DNA of 38,857 nucleotides from Aurantimonadaceae bacterium. Its GTDB lineage: Bacteria; Pseudomonadota; Alphaproteobacteria; Rhizobiales; Rhizobiaceae. Where the stretch lies: the NCBI GenBank assembly GCA_003232595.1, contig QIIJ01000298.1, forward strand, positions 1-38,857. Direction: 5' to 3'. Positions 26,414-34,591 of the stretch are shown here, piece after piece (positions within the stretch are counted from its first letter, which is position 1; each line of letters opens with the position of its first letter). A model generated the notes under the pieces. It saw nothing but the letters and a program-made list of their open reading frames with translations. It did no database searches and was not told the origin of the DNA. A program made the position numbers and the translations under genes.

Positions 26414-26916
26414 CTGCTTGCGCCAGTCACAATGAAACCGCTACTCACGGCCGTACCGGAAACGATCACACCGGACTGGATATTGCGAGCCCGAACAAAT
26501 TCCCCTTTTTTTGCAGAGTTAAGCGGCATTACTTCAGCGGTAATCGTGAGCAAACCTGTTGAATATTCCATGATTGCCGGTTTGTTGATTTTGATGACAT
26601 CAGGTTCACTCACATAGTTGGTTGAAATCGGTTGATTGGGCATCAATGTTGTACGGGCAATTTTCCCGACAACCTCCAACCGGTTTGTTACAACGCTAAC
26701 CCGTTTGAGGTATTGGACCGGAACCTGCCGACTTCTCAATAACTCCTCACGAATAACCTGCCCGGCATAAATGATGTTCCTTGGAACCGGTATTGTTGTC
26801 ACTTCCGCAGCCGAAAGACGGCGCCCCTGATCAACGAATGCCAGAAGAAATGCGGCAACAAACCAACAAGCTGTCCGCAATACGGCTCCGTTTTTGCTCG
26901 ATTTCCAAAAACCCAT
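26410..26916 (-). CDS. flgA: flagellar P-ring assembly chaperone FlgA
   Basis: 168 aa with an N-terminal signal/anchor and a SAF-like domain (IIYAGQVIREELL). The C-terminus is GEFVRARNIQSGVIVSGTAV. It overlaps flgI by 4 nt and its start abuts the flgG stop. Confidence 0.8.
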   Translation of the reverse strand: MGFWKSSKNGAVLRTACWFVAAFLLAFVDQGRRLSAAEVTTIPVPRNIIYAGQVIREELLRSRQVPVQYLKRVSVVTNRLEVVGKIARTTLMPNQPISTNYVSEPDVIKINKPAIMEYSTGLLTITAEVMPLNSAKKGEFVRARNIQSGVIVSGTAVSSGFIVTGASR

Positions 26917-27710
26917 CAGCGAATTCCTTTAGTTACAACACTGGACATTTCATCTGAGGCCTGAATGACTTTAGAATTCATTTCATAAGCCCGCTGAGCC
27001 GCGATCATCTGGGTGATTTCCTTGATTGCATCCACATTGGAAGCCTCAAGGTATCCCTGGCTGATTTTTCCGAAACTGGGTGCGCCCGGAACACCTTGAA
27101 CGGCGGCACCAGAAGCATCGGATACGGCAAAGAGATTATCGCCAAGCGGTTCAAGTCCGGCTTCATTAACAAAGTTACTGAGTGTAATCTGCCCAAGTTC
27201 GGTTGGCGTTTCCTCGCCATCAAGAAAAGCGAATACCTGACCTGATGATGTAATTGTAATCTTGCGGGCATTCTCCGGCACTGTAATTTGCGGCTCAACA
27301 AGATTCCCGTTTAAATTGACCAGTTGGCCATTTTGGTTAAGATTAAACGCACCAGCCCTGGTATACAACGTTTCGCCGTTTGGTCCGATAACCTGAAACC
27401 AGCCCTTGCCATTGATTGCCAGATCGAGTGAATTGCCCGTTTCGTTAAGGGCACCCTGAATATGGACGTCCCTTATTGCAGCCAGTTTTACACCGAGGCC
27501 AAGTTTACCACCTTCAGGTACAACGCCAACGCCCGCGTTTTGCGAAAGGCCCTGGCTCTTTACAGTTTCATAAAGAAGGTCGGTAAATTCTGCCCTGGCG
27601 CGCTTGAAACCAGTCGTATTGATATTGGCAATATTGTTGGCGATGACCTCGAGATTGGTTTGTTGCGCGCTCATGCCTGTTGCTGCGATTGACAGTGCCT
27701 TTATGCTCAT
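26916..27710 (-). CDS. flgG: distal rod protein FlgG
   Basis: 264 aa. The N-terminus is MSIKALSIAATGMSAQQTNLEVIANNIANINTTGFKR. The C-terminus is LEASNVDAIKEITQMIAAQRAYEMNSKVIQASDEM. Confidence 0.95.
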   Translation of the reverse strand: MSIKALSIAATGMSAQQTNLEVIANNIANINTTGFKRARAEFTDLLYETVKSQGLSQNAGVGVVPEGGKLGLGVKLAAIRDVHIQGALNETGNSLDLAINGKGWFQVIGPNGETLYTRAGAFNLNQNGQLVNLNGNLVEPQITVPENARKITITSSGQVFAFLDGEETPTELGQITLSNFVNEAGLEPLGDNLFAVSDASGAAVQGVPGAPSFGKISQGYLEASNVDAIKEITQMIAAQRAYEMNSKVIQASDEMSSVVTKGIR

Positions 27711-27725
27711 AAATGTGGCCTTTCC

Positions 27726-28058
27726 CTAAATTTGCATCCTGCTGATTTCGAGGTAAGCGGATATGATTTTATCGCGCACCGAAACGGCCATCCTCAATGA
27801 TTGCTCTGCCTGCATGATTGATGAGACAACTTCATATGTGTCAGCTTCGCCCTTTAGTCCGGCAATCGAAACAGCTTCCGCGTTTTCGATGGTCTGAACC
27901 ATCTTGGTGCCAGCCTCTTTCAGGGTTGTTGCAAAGTCGGTTTGTGCCGCATCGCTGGCGGTTGGCACAACAGAATGTTGCGGAATTCCACTGTATTCAG
28001 AGTTGGCGAACGGTTTTAAATCATTGGCCAACGGAACAATATCAAAACCACCACTCAT
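27726..28058 (-). CDS. fliE: hook-basal body complex protein FliE
   Basis: 110 aa from ATG 28058, 1 nt after the flgC TGA stop; an alternative TTG start is at 28070. The C-terminus VVSSIMQAEQSLRMAVSVRDKIISAYLEISRMQI is the FliE signature. Confidence 0.88.
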   Translation of the reverse strand: MSGGFDIVPLANDLKPFANSEYSGIPQHSVVPTASDAAQTDFATTLKEAGTKMVQTIENAEAVSIAGLKGEADTYEVVSSIMQAEQSLRMAVSVRDKIISAYLEISRMQI

Positions 28059-28059
28059 C

Positions 28060-28476
28060 TCAATTTCCAATCATGCCAATGGTCATGGATATCAACCTGC
28101 GAGCCTGCTTGACCGCTTGCATGTTTGCCTCATAGGAGCGAATGGTTTCGCGCATGTCAGCCATTTCCAGAAGTATGTCGACATTCGGCATTTTTACCAT
28201 GCCGTCTTTGTCTGCTGCGACATTGCCAGGATCGTAATTCAATGAAAACGGCGCGGTATCGACACCAACCCTGTCTACTCTTACGCTGGAAACCCCGGCT
28301 TCCCTGTCCAGCGCAGCCACAAAAGAGATGGTTTTGCGTTGATAAGGCTCACTGCCCGGTGTTCTGCCGGTGCTGTTAGAGTTGGCCATGTTCTCCGATA
28401 CGATGCGCATACGTTGAGATTGAGCTGCAAGCCCGGCACTGGATATTGTCAAGGAAGTTTGCAGGGCATCGGCCAT
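28060..28476 (-). CDS. flgC: proximal rod protein FlgC
   Basis: 138 aa. It contains SAGLAAQSQRMRIVSENMANSNSTGRTPGSEPYQRK and LLEMADMRETIRSYEANMQAVKQARRL. Confidence 0.95.
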   Translation of the reverse strand: MADALQTSLTISSAGLAAQSQRMRIVSENMANSNSTGRTPGSEPYQRKTISFVAALDREAGVSSVRVDRVGVDTAPFSLNYDPGNVAADKDGMVKMPNVDILLEMADMRETIRSYEANMQAVKQARRLISMTIGMIGN

Positions 28477-28511
28477 TTGTTTCGTTCAATCGGTTGTTGG
28501 TTAAAGAGGCT

Positions 28512-28889
28512 CTAGGTTCCAAAAACAGAAACCACCATGCGATGAAACGATTTCATCACTGACGTGTTTAGCTGGAATGCGGTCGAAACCTCGCTTGATT
28601 TCAGTATTTCCTGGGGCAAGCTGACATTACCGCCAGAATAATAGACCTCCCAGGGAGTGCCATTTTCAATTGCCACACCTGCGGTATTGCCGGTACTGGT
28701 CGAGATGTGTTTTACATTGGTTGCGACCAGATTGGAAAAACGCTGACCGGTAGAATCCATGCTCTTCACGTCCAGGGTTTTAAAGCCCGGTGTGTTGGCA
28801 TTTGCAATATTACCTGCAACCAGCAATTGCCTGACCGACAACCAATTGGCGTTCTCGGCTGCTAATTTGTTGATATAGATATCGGTCAT
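28512..28889 (-). CDS. flgB: proximal rod protein FlgB
   Basis: 125 aa from ATG 28889. The TTG 28913 start would add 8 aa. WLSVRQLLVAGNIANANTPGFK is the FlgB motif, and its spacing from the N-terminus matches the ATG start. Confidence 0.9.
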   Translation of the reverse strand: MTDIYINKLAAENANWLSVRQLLVAGNIANANTPGFKTLDVKSMDSTGQRFSNLVATNVKHISTSTGNTAGVAIENGTPWEVYYSGGNVSLPQEILKSSEVSTAFQLNTSVMKSFHRMVVSVFGT

Positions 28890-28968
28890 TATCGGTAGCG
28901 TTCTTTCAAACAATACGAGATCATTTGAAGCTAACGGGATTATCTTGTGCGAAACTTACAATGGCGAT

Positions 28969-29385
28969 CTATGCAAAACGACGTACTTGACTGATGGCCT
29001 CTGCCAGACGCCAGGTGTTCATCTTCGGGTCATCTGAAGTTTCCTCGAAGGAAATGTGGTGTAGCTCCACATTGGTATCGCCACTGCCGAGCTTAAGACG
29101 AAAGAAGGCGAATATCCCTGCGTGATTAAACTCCAGATCAAGATAGATTGTAGCTGGCCCTGACCAGGATATGGAACTGTCGCCAGTGCAGGAAAAATTC
29201 ATGGTATTATTTAGAAAGTGATTATCCAGGGTTGCCATGACCTGATCGTAAACGCCCAATAATTGCCCCAAATGAAGGAAATTATCGTAACAGGTAGGTT
29301 CAATGAGTTTGAGATCTTCAGCCAATTTGCGACACGCATCGCGCAACAGTCTTTCCCGCTCGGAGATTGCCATATCAGCAATCAT
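28969..29385 (-). CDS. hypothetical cytoplasmic protein translationally coupled to flhB
   Basis: 138 aa with no TM helix or signal peptide. The ATG overlaps the flhB stop (ATGA). I recognise no family. The position is equivalent to the uncharacterised ORF after flhB in Agrobacterium and Sinorhizobium clusters, from memory. Confidence 0.55.
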   Translation of the reverse strand: MIADMAISERERLLRDACRKLAEDLKLIEPTCYDNFLHLGQLLGVYDQVMATLDNHFLNNTMNFSCTGDSSISWSGPATIYLDLEFNHAGIFAFFRLKLGSGDTNVELHHISFEETSDDPKMNTWRLAEAISQVRRFA

Positions 29386-30458
29386 TTCCGGGTCGCAATC
29401 TCAGATTCTGACAATGCTCTGATTATCCTGGCAATTGGCAAATAGAAATCGATCGGAATTTCCATATCCACCTGCACCGCCTTGTACAGTGCACGCGCCA
29501 ATGGCGGATCTTCAGTTATCGATATCTCGTTGTTTTCTGCAACCTCACGAATTTTCAGGGCAATTCGATCTTGTCCCTTTGCCAGGACAAAAGGCACCTT
29601 ATCGATTTTGGGATCGTAACGCATCGCCACTGCAAAATGAGTTGGATTGGCAACAACCAGGGTTGCACCTGCAACATCGGAGATCATGCGACGGCGTGCC
29701 CTGTCCTGGGCAACGGATCGGGTTCGCAGCTTTATCATCGGATCCCCTTCCGTTTGTTTTCGCTCATCTTTCACCTCCTGGTGGGACATTTTCAGATTAT
29801 TGAACCATTCTCTTCTCACCAGAATAAAATCTGCAGCACCCAGCAAAAACATCAGCATTGTCAGGCCTGTTAAAATCTGTAGAAACAAATCGTTAATCAC
29901 CACCGGAATTTCGGCCGTATCGACCATGATCATGGAGATAACAAACTCAGTTTGTGACATGATTATAATTGTGGCGATAAAACCGGCGGCTGAAAATTTA
30001 AACACCGTTTTGCCAAATTCACGGAGCCCTTGTGGTCCCAGGAGGCGTTTTAAACCTTTCCCAATGGAAACCTTCTCAAGCTTTGGCTTAATTCTGTTCC
30101 CTACCAGTCTCGGGGTGTTCTGCGCCAACGCGGAAACAAACCCAAACAACATCAATGGCAGGATCACCGGTGCCAGATTGACAAGAATTCTCGCGCCCAG
30201 AAGATTGGAAAGATTTCCGGCGTCCACCGGGCTGTCCAGAGGCCAATTGTCCACGTTTGCGAAAATACCCTTCAACACACTGCTCAATTCTACGGTTATT
30301 GTTGGTACATAAAGATATCCAACAATGACCAGTGCGGCCAACGAAGAAGCGTTGGTGACTTCACGCGAAAAAGGTACGTTGCCTTTTTCCAGGGCATCGC
30401 CAATCTTTTTTTCGGTAGGCAGTTCAGTTTTGCTGTCCTTTTCAGTTTCTTCCTGCAT
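29382..30458 (-). CDS. flhB: flagellar export switch protein FlhB
   Basis: 358 aa with 4 TM helices and a cytoplasmic domain carrying the autocleavage motif NPTH (TLVVANPTHFAVAMRY). Confidence 0.95.
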   Translation of the reverse strand: MQEETEKDSKTELPTEKKIGDALEKGNVPFSREVTNASSLAALVIVGYLYVPTITVELSSVLKGIFANVDNWPLDSPVDAGNLSNLLGARILVNLAPVILPLMLFGFVSALAQNTPRLVGNRIKPKLEKVSIGKGLKRLLGPQGLREFGKTVFKFSAAGFIATIIIMSQTEFVISMIMVDTAEIPVVINDLFLQILTGLTMLMFLLGAADFILVRREWFNNLKMSHQEVKDERKQTEGDPMIKLRTRSVAQDRARRRMISDVAGATLVVANPTHFAVAMRYDPKIDKVPFVLAKGQDRIALKIREVAENNEISITEDPPLARALYKAVQVDMEIPIDFYLPIARIIRALSESEIATRK

Positions 30459-30469
30459 GGATGTTCTTT

Positions 30470-31423
30470 CTAGTCAACTTCCGGCAAATTTATCTTGCCA
30501 TCCTTGGCAAGCTTAAGGGCGCGAACAGCAATGGCTTTTTGTGCTTTTTCAGCCTCATCTTCCGGCGTTGCCATGCGCGTCAAGTCTGATTCCACCATCC
30601 TGCGGTTTCTGGGGCTCAGCACTTCCAGAACCGCTTCCCGATTGGATTCACCAGTAGTTGAAAGCGCCTTTACAATCTCGTCAGCCTGAACACCATCAAA
30701 CAGAGCATTTCTGTCTTCCTTGCTGAGTAATTCAACCGTCGAAAACTTGAACAACGATTTTTTAATAGCCGTGGCAAGGTCAGGGCTGTTTCCTTGCAGA
30801 AATCCGATAATTTGATCAGAGGCTTCTGAAGAAAATTGATTGATCAGACTTGCTGCCTTGGCTACCTCGCGCACATTTCCATCATCGGGCTTGGTATCTT
30901 CCATGAGTTCAATCAGATCGGTTTCGAACATGTTTTGCAGAGTGGGCTCAATTCTGTTGCCGGTCAGGTAGGCTTGAAAAATTTCGTTTCGGAGGATCGG
31001 ATCCAGATCGGCAAACACGCTTACGATCAGTTCATCGCCAAGGCGATCCAGCAGCAAGGCACCGATTTGAGGCGCTTCCGATTCGAGAAATATCCTGACC
31101 ACCTCTGAATCAAGGTTCGGTTCATTGCTGCTCAGAGGTTCGGATTTGCTTTTGAGGCTTGGCTCAGCATCGTCTTCAAACAGCATGGACAGGTCTTCAG
31201 AACCCGCCATTATTCCATAAATCTGATAGTTGTCGCCAAACTCCTCAATCAAACTGTCGGCGTTGCTGCTGCTTAATCCCGACATGCGGCGGGCGGCCTC
31301 AACCACCATGTTTAATTCACCTTTGGAAAAAAATTCAGCCAGCCGGACCGCTGAGTCCTTTCCCATGATCAAAAACAGTGCTGCGGCCTTTTCAGTTCCG
31401 GTAAGTTCAGAAATTCCTTTCAT
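30470..31423 (-). CDS. fliG: flagellar rotor/switch protein FliG
   Basis: 317 aa. The N-terminus is LTGTEKAAALFLIMGKDSAVRLAEFFSKGEL. The C-terminal torque-helix region is LEVLSPRNRRMVESDL. It is a divergent Rhizobiales-type FliG. Confidence 0.88.
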   Translation of the reverse strand: MKGISELTGTEKAAALFLIMGKDSAVRLAEFFSKGELNMVVEAARRMSGLSSSNADSLIEEFGDNYQIYGIMAGSEDLSMLFEDDAEPSLKSKSEPLSSNEPNLDSEVVRIFLESEAPQIGALLLDRLGDELIVSVFADLDPILRNEIFQAYLTGNRIEPTLQNMFETDLIELMEDTKPDDGNVREVAKAASLINQFSSEASDQIIGFLQGNSPDLATAIKKSLFKFSTVELLSKEDRNALFDGVQADEIVKALSTTGESNREAVLEVLSPRNRRMVESDLTRMATPEDEAEKAQKAIAVRALKLAKDGKINLPEVD

Positions 31424-31476
31424 TTTCGGTTCTCAAATTTCCGGATTGCCAATGCATACCGCAAGAGGGGAGGCAT

Positions 31477-32025
31477 TTATGTGATTTCGGTGAGCGTTAT
31501 TCCAAACCTTGGCACGCCCTCTTCTATTACAACGATTTCACCACGGGCGATCAATTGGCCATTTGCAACAATATCAATTGCCTCTCCTATATTTGAGTCC
31601 AGGGAAATGAGCTCTCCCTGTTTAAGTTCGGCCAGTTGTGAAACCGGCATGTGGATGCCGCCGAGAATGGCCTGCACATGCACTTTGATGTTTGCAATAG
31701 TCTGCATTGCCATAATATCAGTTTTTAGCGGACCTCTTATTCGGGCACCTTTGCTCGCGGGTGATCGCGCATCCGGAACTGGTCTGTCGGCATTGTCCGT
31801 TGAGTTTACTGGCCGGGCCAAATTCACAGAATTATCGTTTTGTTCCGTAACATCAAGCTCGGCACCGTCAACCGAAGCATTCTTGTTGTTTTCTGCGTTC
31901 GGTTCGGCGCTGTCACTTCCAGGCGCAATTTCTTCTTTTGTTGTTGAAGGTTTCAGTTTGGGTATTTCTGTCTGGTCATCCAGCCCAAGGTGATCGCTCA
32001 GGGTCGGTGTAGCCGTTTCAGCCAT
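31477..32025 (-). CDS. fliN: flagellar switch protein FliN (long N-terminal extension)
   Basis: 182 aa. The C-terminal SpoA domain is IKVHVQAILGGIHMPVSQLAELKQGELISLDSNIGEAIDIVANGQLIARGEIVVIEE, preceded by about 100 low-complexity residues. The SD is GGAGGG. Confidence 0.9.
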   Translation of the reverse strand: MAETATPTLSDHLGLDDQTEIPKLKPSTTKEEIAPGSDSAEPNAENNKNASVDGAELDVTEQNDNSVNLARPVNSTDNADRPVPDARSPASKGARIRGPLKTDIMAMQTIANIKVHVQAILGGIHMPVSQLAELKQGELISLDSNIGEAIDIVANGQLIARGEIVVIEEGVPRFGITLTEIT

Positions 32026-32656
32026 TGGATACCCTCCGCGCGGTTGACCCCAAGTTGTCGATATCGCCAGGGTCTGCCTGCCTGAATATAGTGGATAACT
32101 TGGCTATTTTGTCGTCTTCATTCCGGTTTTTGACGGATAGGGTTCTTTTCTCCACCAGAAGCTGGTTGAGAAGGGTCACACTGTTTTTGACTGAAGAGTT
32201 GCGGTTTGCAGTTTCCTCGAGCCTTGACGGAATTCCCTGTTGAATTTTTGTGTGCGGCTTTATTTGTCTGCTGCCGCCAAGTGCCGGATTTCTGGAAGAG
32301 GGACTGCTTTCCAGAAATGTAGACTTGTTACCGGAGTGAGCCAATTGCTTGCTGTCAGACAAAATTGCATCAAGGTTCCGCAATTGCCGGTTGAGAGAAT
32401 TGATCAGCACATTTTGGTAATCAAAAGCCTTGCTTTGATAAGAAATTATTTTTTGGCTGTCTGATTTAATGCTGTTGAGCCTGCCACCGTAGCTTTTAAG
32501 GGTCTTGAGATTGTGACTCATTACCTTCAATGCCAGCAGAATTCTATTGTCTATAGTCTTCAGCAATCTAATAACAAAATAGGTAAATACTCCAACCACT
32601 ATGGTGACCAGTCCAACGAGCACTACTGCTGCCAGCAAAAATGAAAGTTGACCCAT
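32018..32656 (-). CDS. uncharacterised single-pass membrane protein inserted between fliM and fliN
   Basis: 212 aa from ATG 32656. A perfect SD (AAAGGAG) lies 6 nt upstream, and the ATG lies 1 nt after the fliM TGA. Its stop overlaps the fliN ATG (ATGGCTGA). It has an N-terminal TM helix (LSFLLAAVVLVGLVTIVVGVFTYFVI), then a short helical segment, then a Ser/Asn/Lys/Arg-rich tail. Confidence 0.7.
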   Translation of the reverse strand: MGQLSFLLAAVVLVGLVTIVVGVFTYFVIRLLKTIDNRILLALKVMSHNLKTLKSYGGRLNSIKSDSQKIISYQSKAFDYQNVLINSLNRQLRNLDAILSDSKQLAHSGNKSTFLESSPSSRNPALGGSRQIKPHTKIQQGIPSRLEETANRNSSVKNSVTLLNQLLVEKRTLSVKNRNEDDKIAKLSTIFRQADPGDIDNLGSTARRVSNG

Positions 32657-32657
32657 T

Positions 32658-33605
32658 TCAAACTCCTTTAGATTTCGAGGCCCGGGCAATCCGAAGCTGT
32701 GTGCTGTTTTTCCCTAATTCAATATCTGACAGGAATGTGCAATTCTCGTCGCCATCAATTATCATGACATTTGTCAGGTCAAACCGTACGTCAAGCATGT
32801 CTCCAGGAGCAAAACCCGCCACATCAACAAGAGACATTTCCATCGAGACAATCTGGGCTCTGAGTGGAATTGACAATTCGTCAATTCTTCCCTGTAATTT
32901 CGCTTTCCATACCCGCTCCTCGCGTTGCTTTATGCTCGCCACATCACTTTCAGACGCCGCCAGATTGCCTGGCTCCAGCACTTCTAGGGGCGTTAGAATT
33001 TTGATTTGTTGTATCGCGCCGTCAATGGAAATCTCGAATGTGATTGATACAAGTTCTGTTTTATCCGATTCCGCCATCAAGTGTTTTGTATCTATGCCCG
33101 CAACTTCAAGTCCGGCACTATTGGCATGATTAAAGTTCAATGCATTGAGCAGGGCGGCCCCGGTTTGATGAACGAATCGTAAAAACAGCTTGCACTCGGC
33201 AGCGGACAAATCTGTTTGGCGTTGTTCCGATTGCTGCCAGCTGTAACCACCCAGCAAGACACCAAGAATGCTGCGAAAAACCGTGCTTTCGATGCTGATA
33301 AAACTCACCAGTTGTTCATTGTGGTCATTAATTCTGGCAAGGACAGGACCTTCTTCCTCATTTGCCGTATCCTCAATGCCGGGAAATAGGACGACCTCAA
33401 TCAGTTCCAATTCGATTTCCTTGCCAACAAACCCGCCAATCTGCCGAATTAATTCCTCTTCCATATTTTTAAGGATATCATCAAGGCTGCCATAGCGTTC
33501 TATCGAGAGGCCTTTCTTCTCGCGCAATGTATCCAGCAGATTGGTGTTTATTGGGGAACCTTCAACCGCAATGTTCACGTCTACTGGTTTTTCGCTCTCA
33601 CTCAT
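32658..33605 (-). CDS. fliM: flagellar switch protein FliM
   Basis: 315 aa with a FliM middle domain and a C-terminal SpoA-like domain (LSIPLRAQIVSMEMSLVDVAGFAPGDMLDV). Its start overlaps the motA stop (TAATG). Confidence 0.88.
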   Translation of the reverse strand: MSESEKPVDVNIAVEGSPINTNLLDTLREKKGLSIERYGSLDDILKNMEEELIRQIGGFVGKEIELELIEVVLFPGIEDTANEEEGPVLARINDHNEQLVSFISIESTVFRSILGVLLGGYSWQQSEQRQTDLSAAECKLFLRFVHQTGAALLNALNFNHANSAGLEVAGIDTKHLMAESDKTELVSITFEISIDGAIQQIKILTPLEVLEPGNLAASESDVASIKQREERVWKAKLQGRIDELSIPLRAQIVSMEMSLVDVAGFAPGDMLDVRFDLTNVMIIDGDENCTFLSDIELGKNSTQLRIARASKSKGV

Positions 33606-34477
33606 TATTCGGCCGCAATCGCAGCTGGTGTATTCATTGTCTGCTCTTCGACGGCTTCAATTGTCGGGCGGTCCTTTGCCGATATTGTTTTACGACCGTG
33701 CTCTACGGCAATGTGGGGACTGGCACCGTTCATGAATGCGATGAGTGACTGCTTGATAATGACATATCTTCGGTTTTGCTTTTCCCGCACAGTCTTGATT
33801 TTTGTCGCAATGGGACCAGCCATGCCGTAGGACATGAAAATACCGGCAAACGTGCCGACCAGTGCCGCCCCGATCAGACCTCCCAGAATTTCCGGGGACT
33901 GATCCAGGGCACCCATCGCCTTGATAACCCCCAGAACCGCCGCGACAATGCCTAACGCCGGAAGGCCATCAGCCATCGCCTGCACGGCCTGATAAGGCTT
34001 TAGCCGGTCGCGCGAGATTGTGTGGATCTCTTCTTCCATCAATGCTTCAATCTCGTGCGGGCGGGCATTGCCGATCAGGATCAGGCGGACATAATCGGTA
34101 ATAAAGCTAAGCATGCTCTCATCACTCAGGATTTTCGGGTAATTTTGAAAAATCACTGATTCTTCCGGCGCATCAATATGCCCCTCGATTTCAGCTGTGG
34201 TTTTCGCTCTGATTTCGTTCATCAGGTTAAACAACAGACCAATTATATCGAGGTAATCCTGCTCCTTTGGTCCTGAATCTTTAACCGCTTCCATGGTCGC
34301 TGTACCCGTATCCTTGATCGTTGGCATCGGGTTTGCAACGATGAAAATACCGACCGCGGAACCGCCGATAATCACATATTCCCACGGCTGCACCAGCACC
34401 ATAACGTTGCCGCCCATGGCCATAAAGCCACCCAGCAGGCATCCAAAGGTAATTATGAAACCAATTATAACGGTCAA
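33605..34477 (-). CDS. motA: flagellar stator protein MotA
   Basis: 290 aa with 4 TM helices. The N-terminus is MTVIIGFIITFGCLLGGFMAMGGNVMVLVQPWEYVIIGG. The C-terminal channel region is GLPALGIVAAVLGVIKAMG...LGGLIGAALVGTFAGIFMSYG. Confidence 0.95.
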   Translation of the reverse strand: MTVIIGFIITFGCLLGGFMAMGGNVMVLVQPWEYVIIGGSAVGIFIVANPMPTIKDTGTATMEAVKDSGPKEQDYLDIIGLLFNLMNEIRAKTTAEIEGHIDAPEESVIFQNYPKILSDESMLSFITDYVRLILIGNARPHEIEALMEEEIHTISRDRLKPYQAVQAMADGLPALGIVAAVLGVIKAMGALDQSPEILGGLIGAALVGTFAGIFMSYGMAGPIATKIKTVREKQNRRYVIIKQSLIAFMNGASPHIAVEHGRKTISAKDRPTIEAVEEQTMNTPAAIAAE

Positions 34478-34591
34478 GATTAATTCCCCAAAATTGCGAA
34501 CAGACTACAAACTATTGTTGCTTGCTTGCGTGAAACTGGAAATCATTTGCCAAGCTTCGCGCAAGCATTGCGGGTGCAGAGTGTCTGGAAT

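Noticed and set aside
29647-30312. Long ORFs antisense to flagellar genes. Examples: 221 aa opposite flhB; 190 aa at 23251-23823 opposite fliL; 170 aa at 31481-31993 opposite fliN; 162 aa at 32641-33129 opposite fliM; 160 aa at 25797-26279 opposite flgI; 147 aa at 20588-21031 opposite fliF.
   Set aside because: Each lies entirely within a gene on the other strand that has unmistakable family signatures. They have no SD sequences and low-complexity Ser/Arg/Pro-rich translations. They are typical shadow ORFs.
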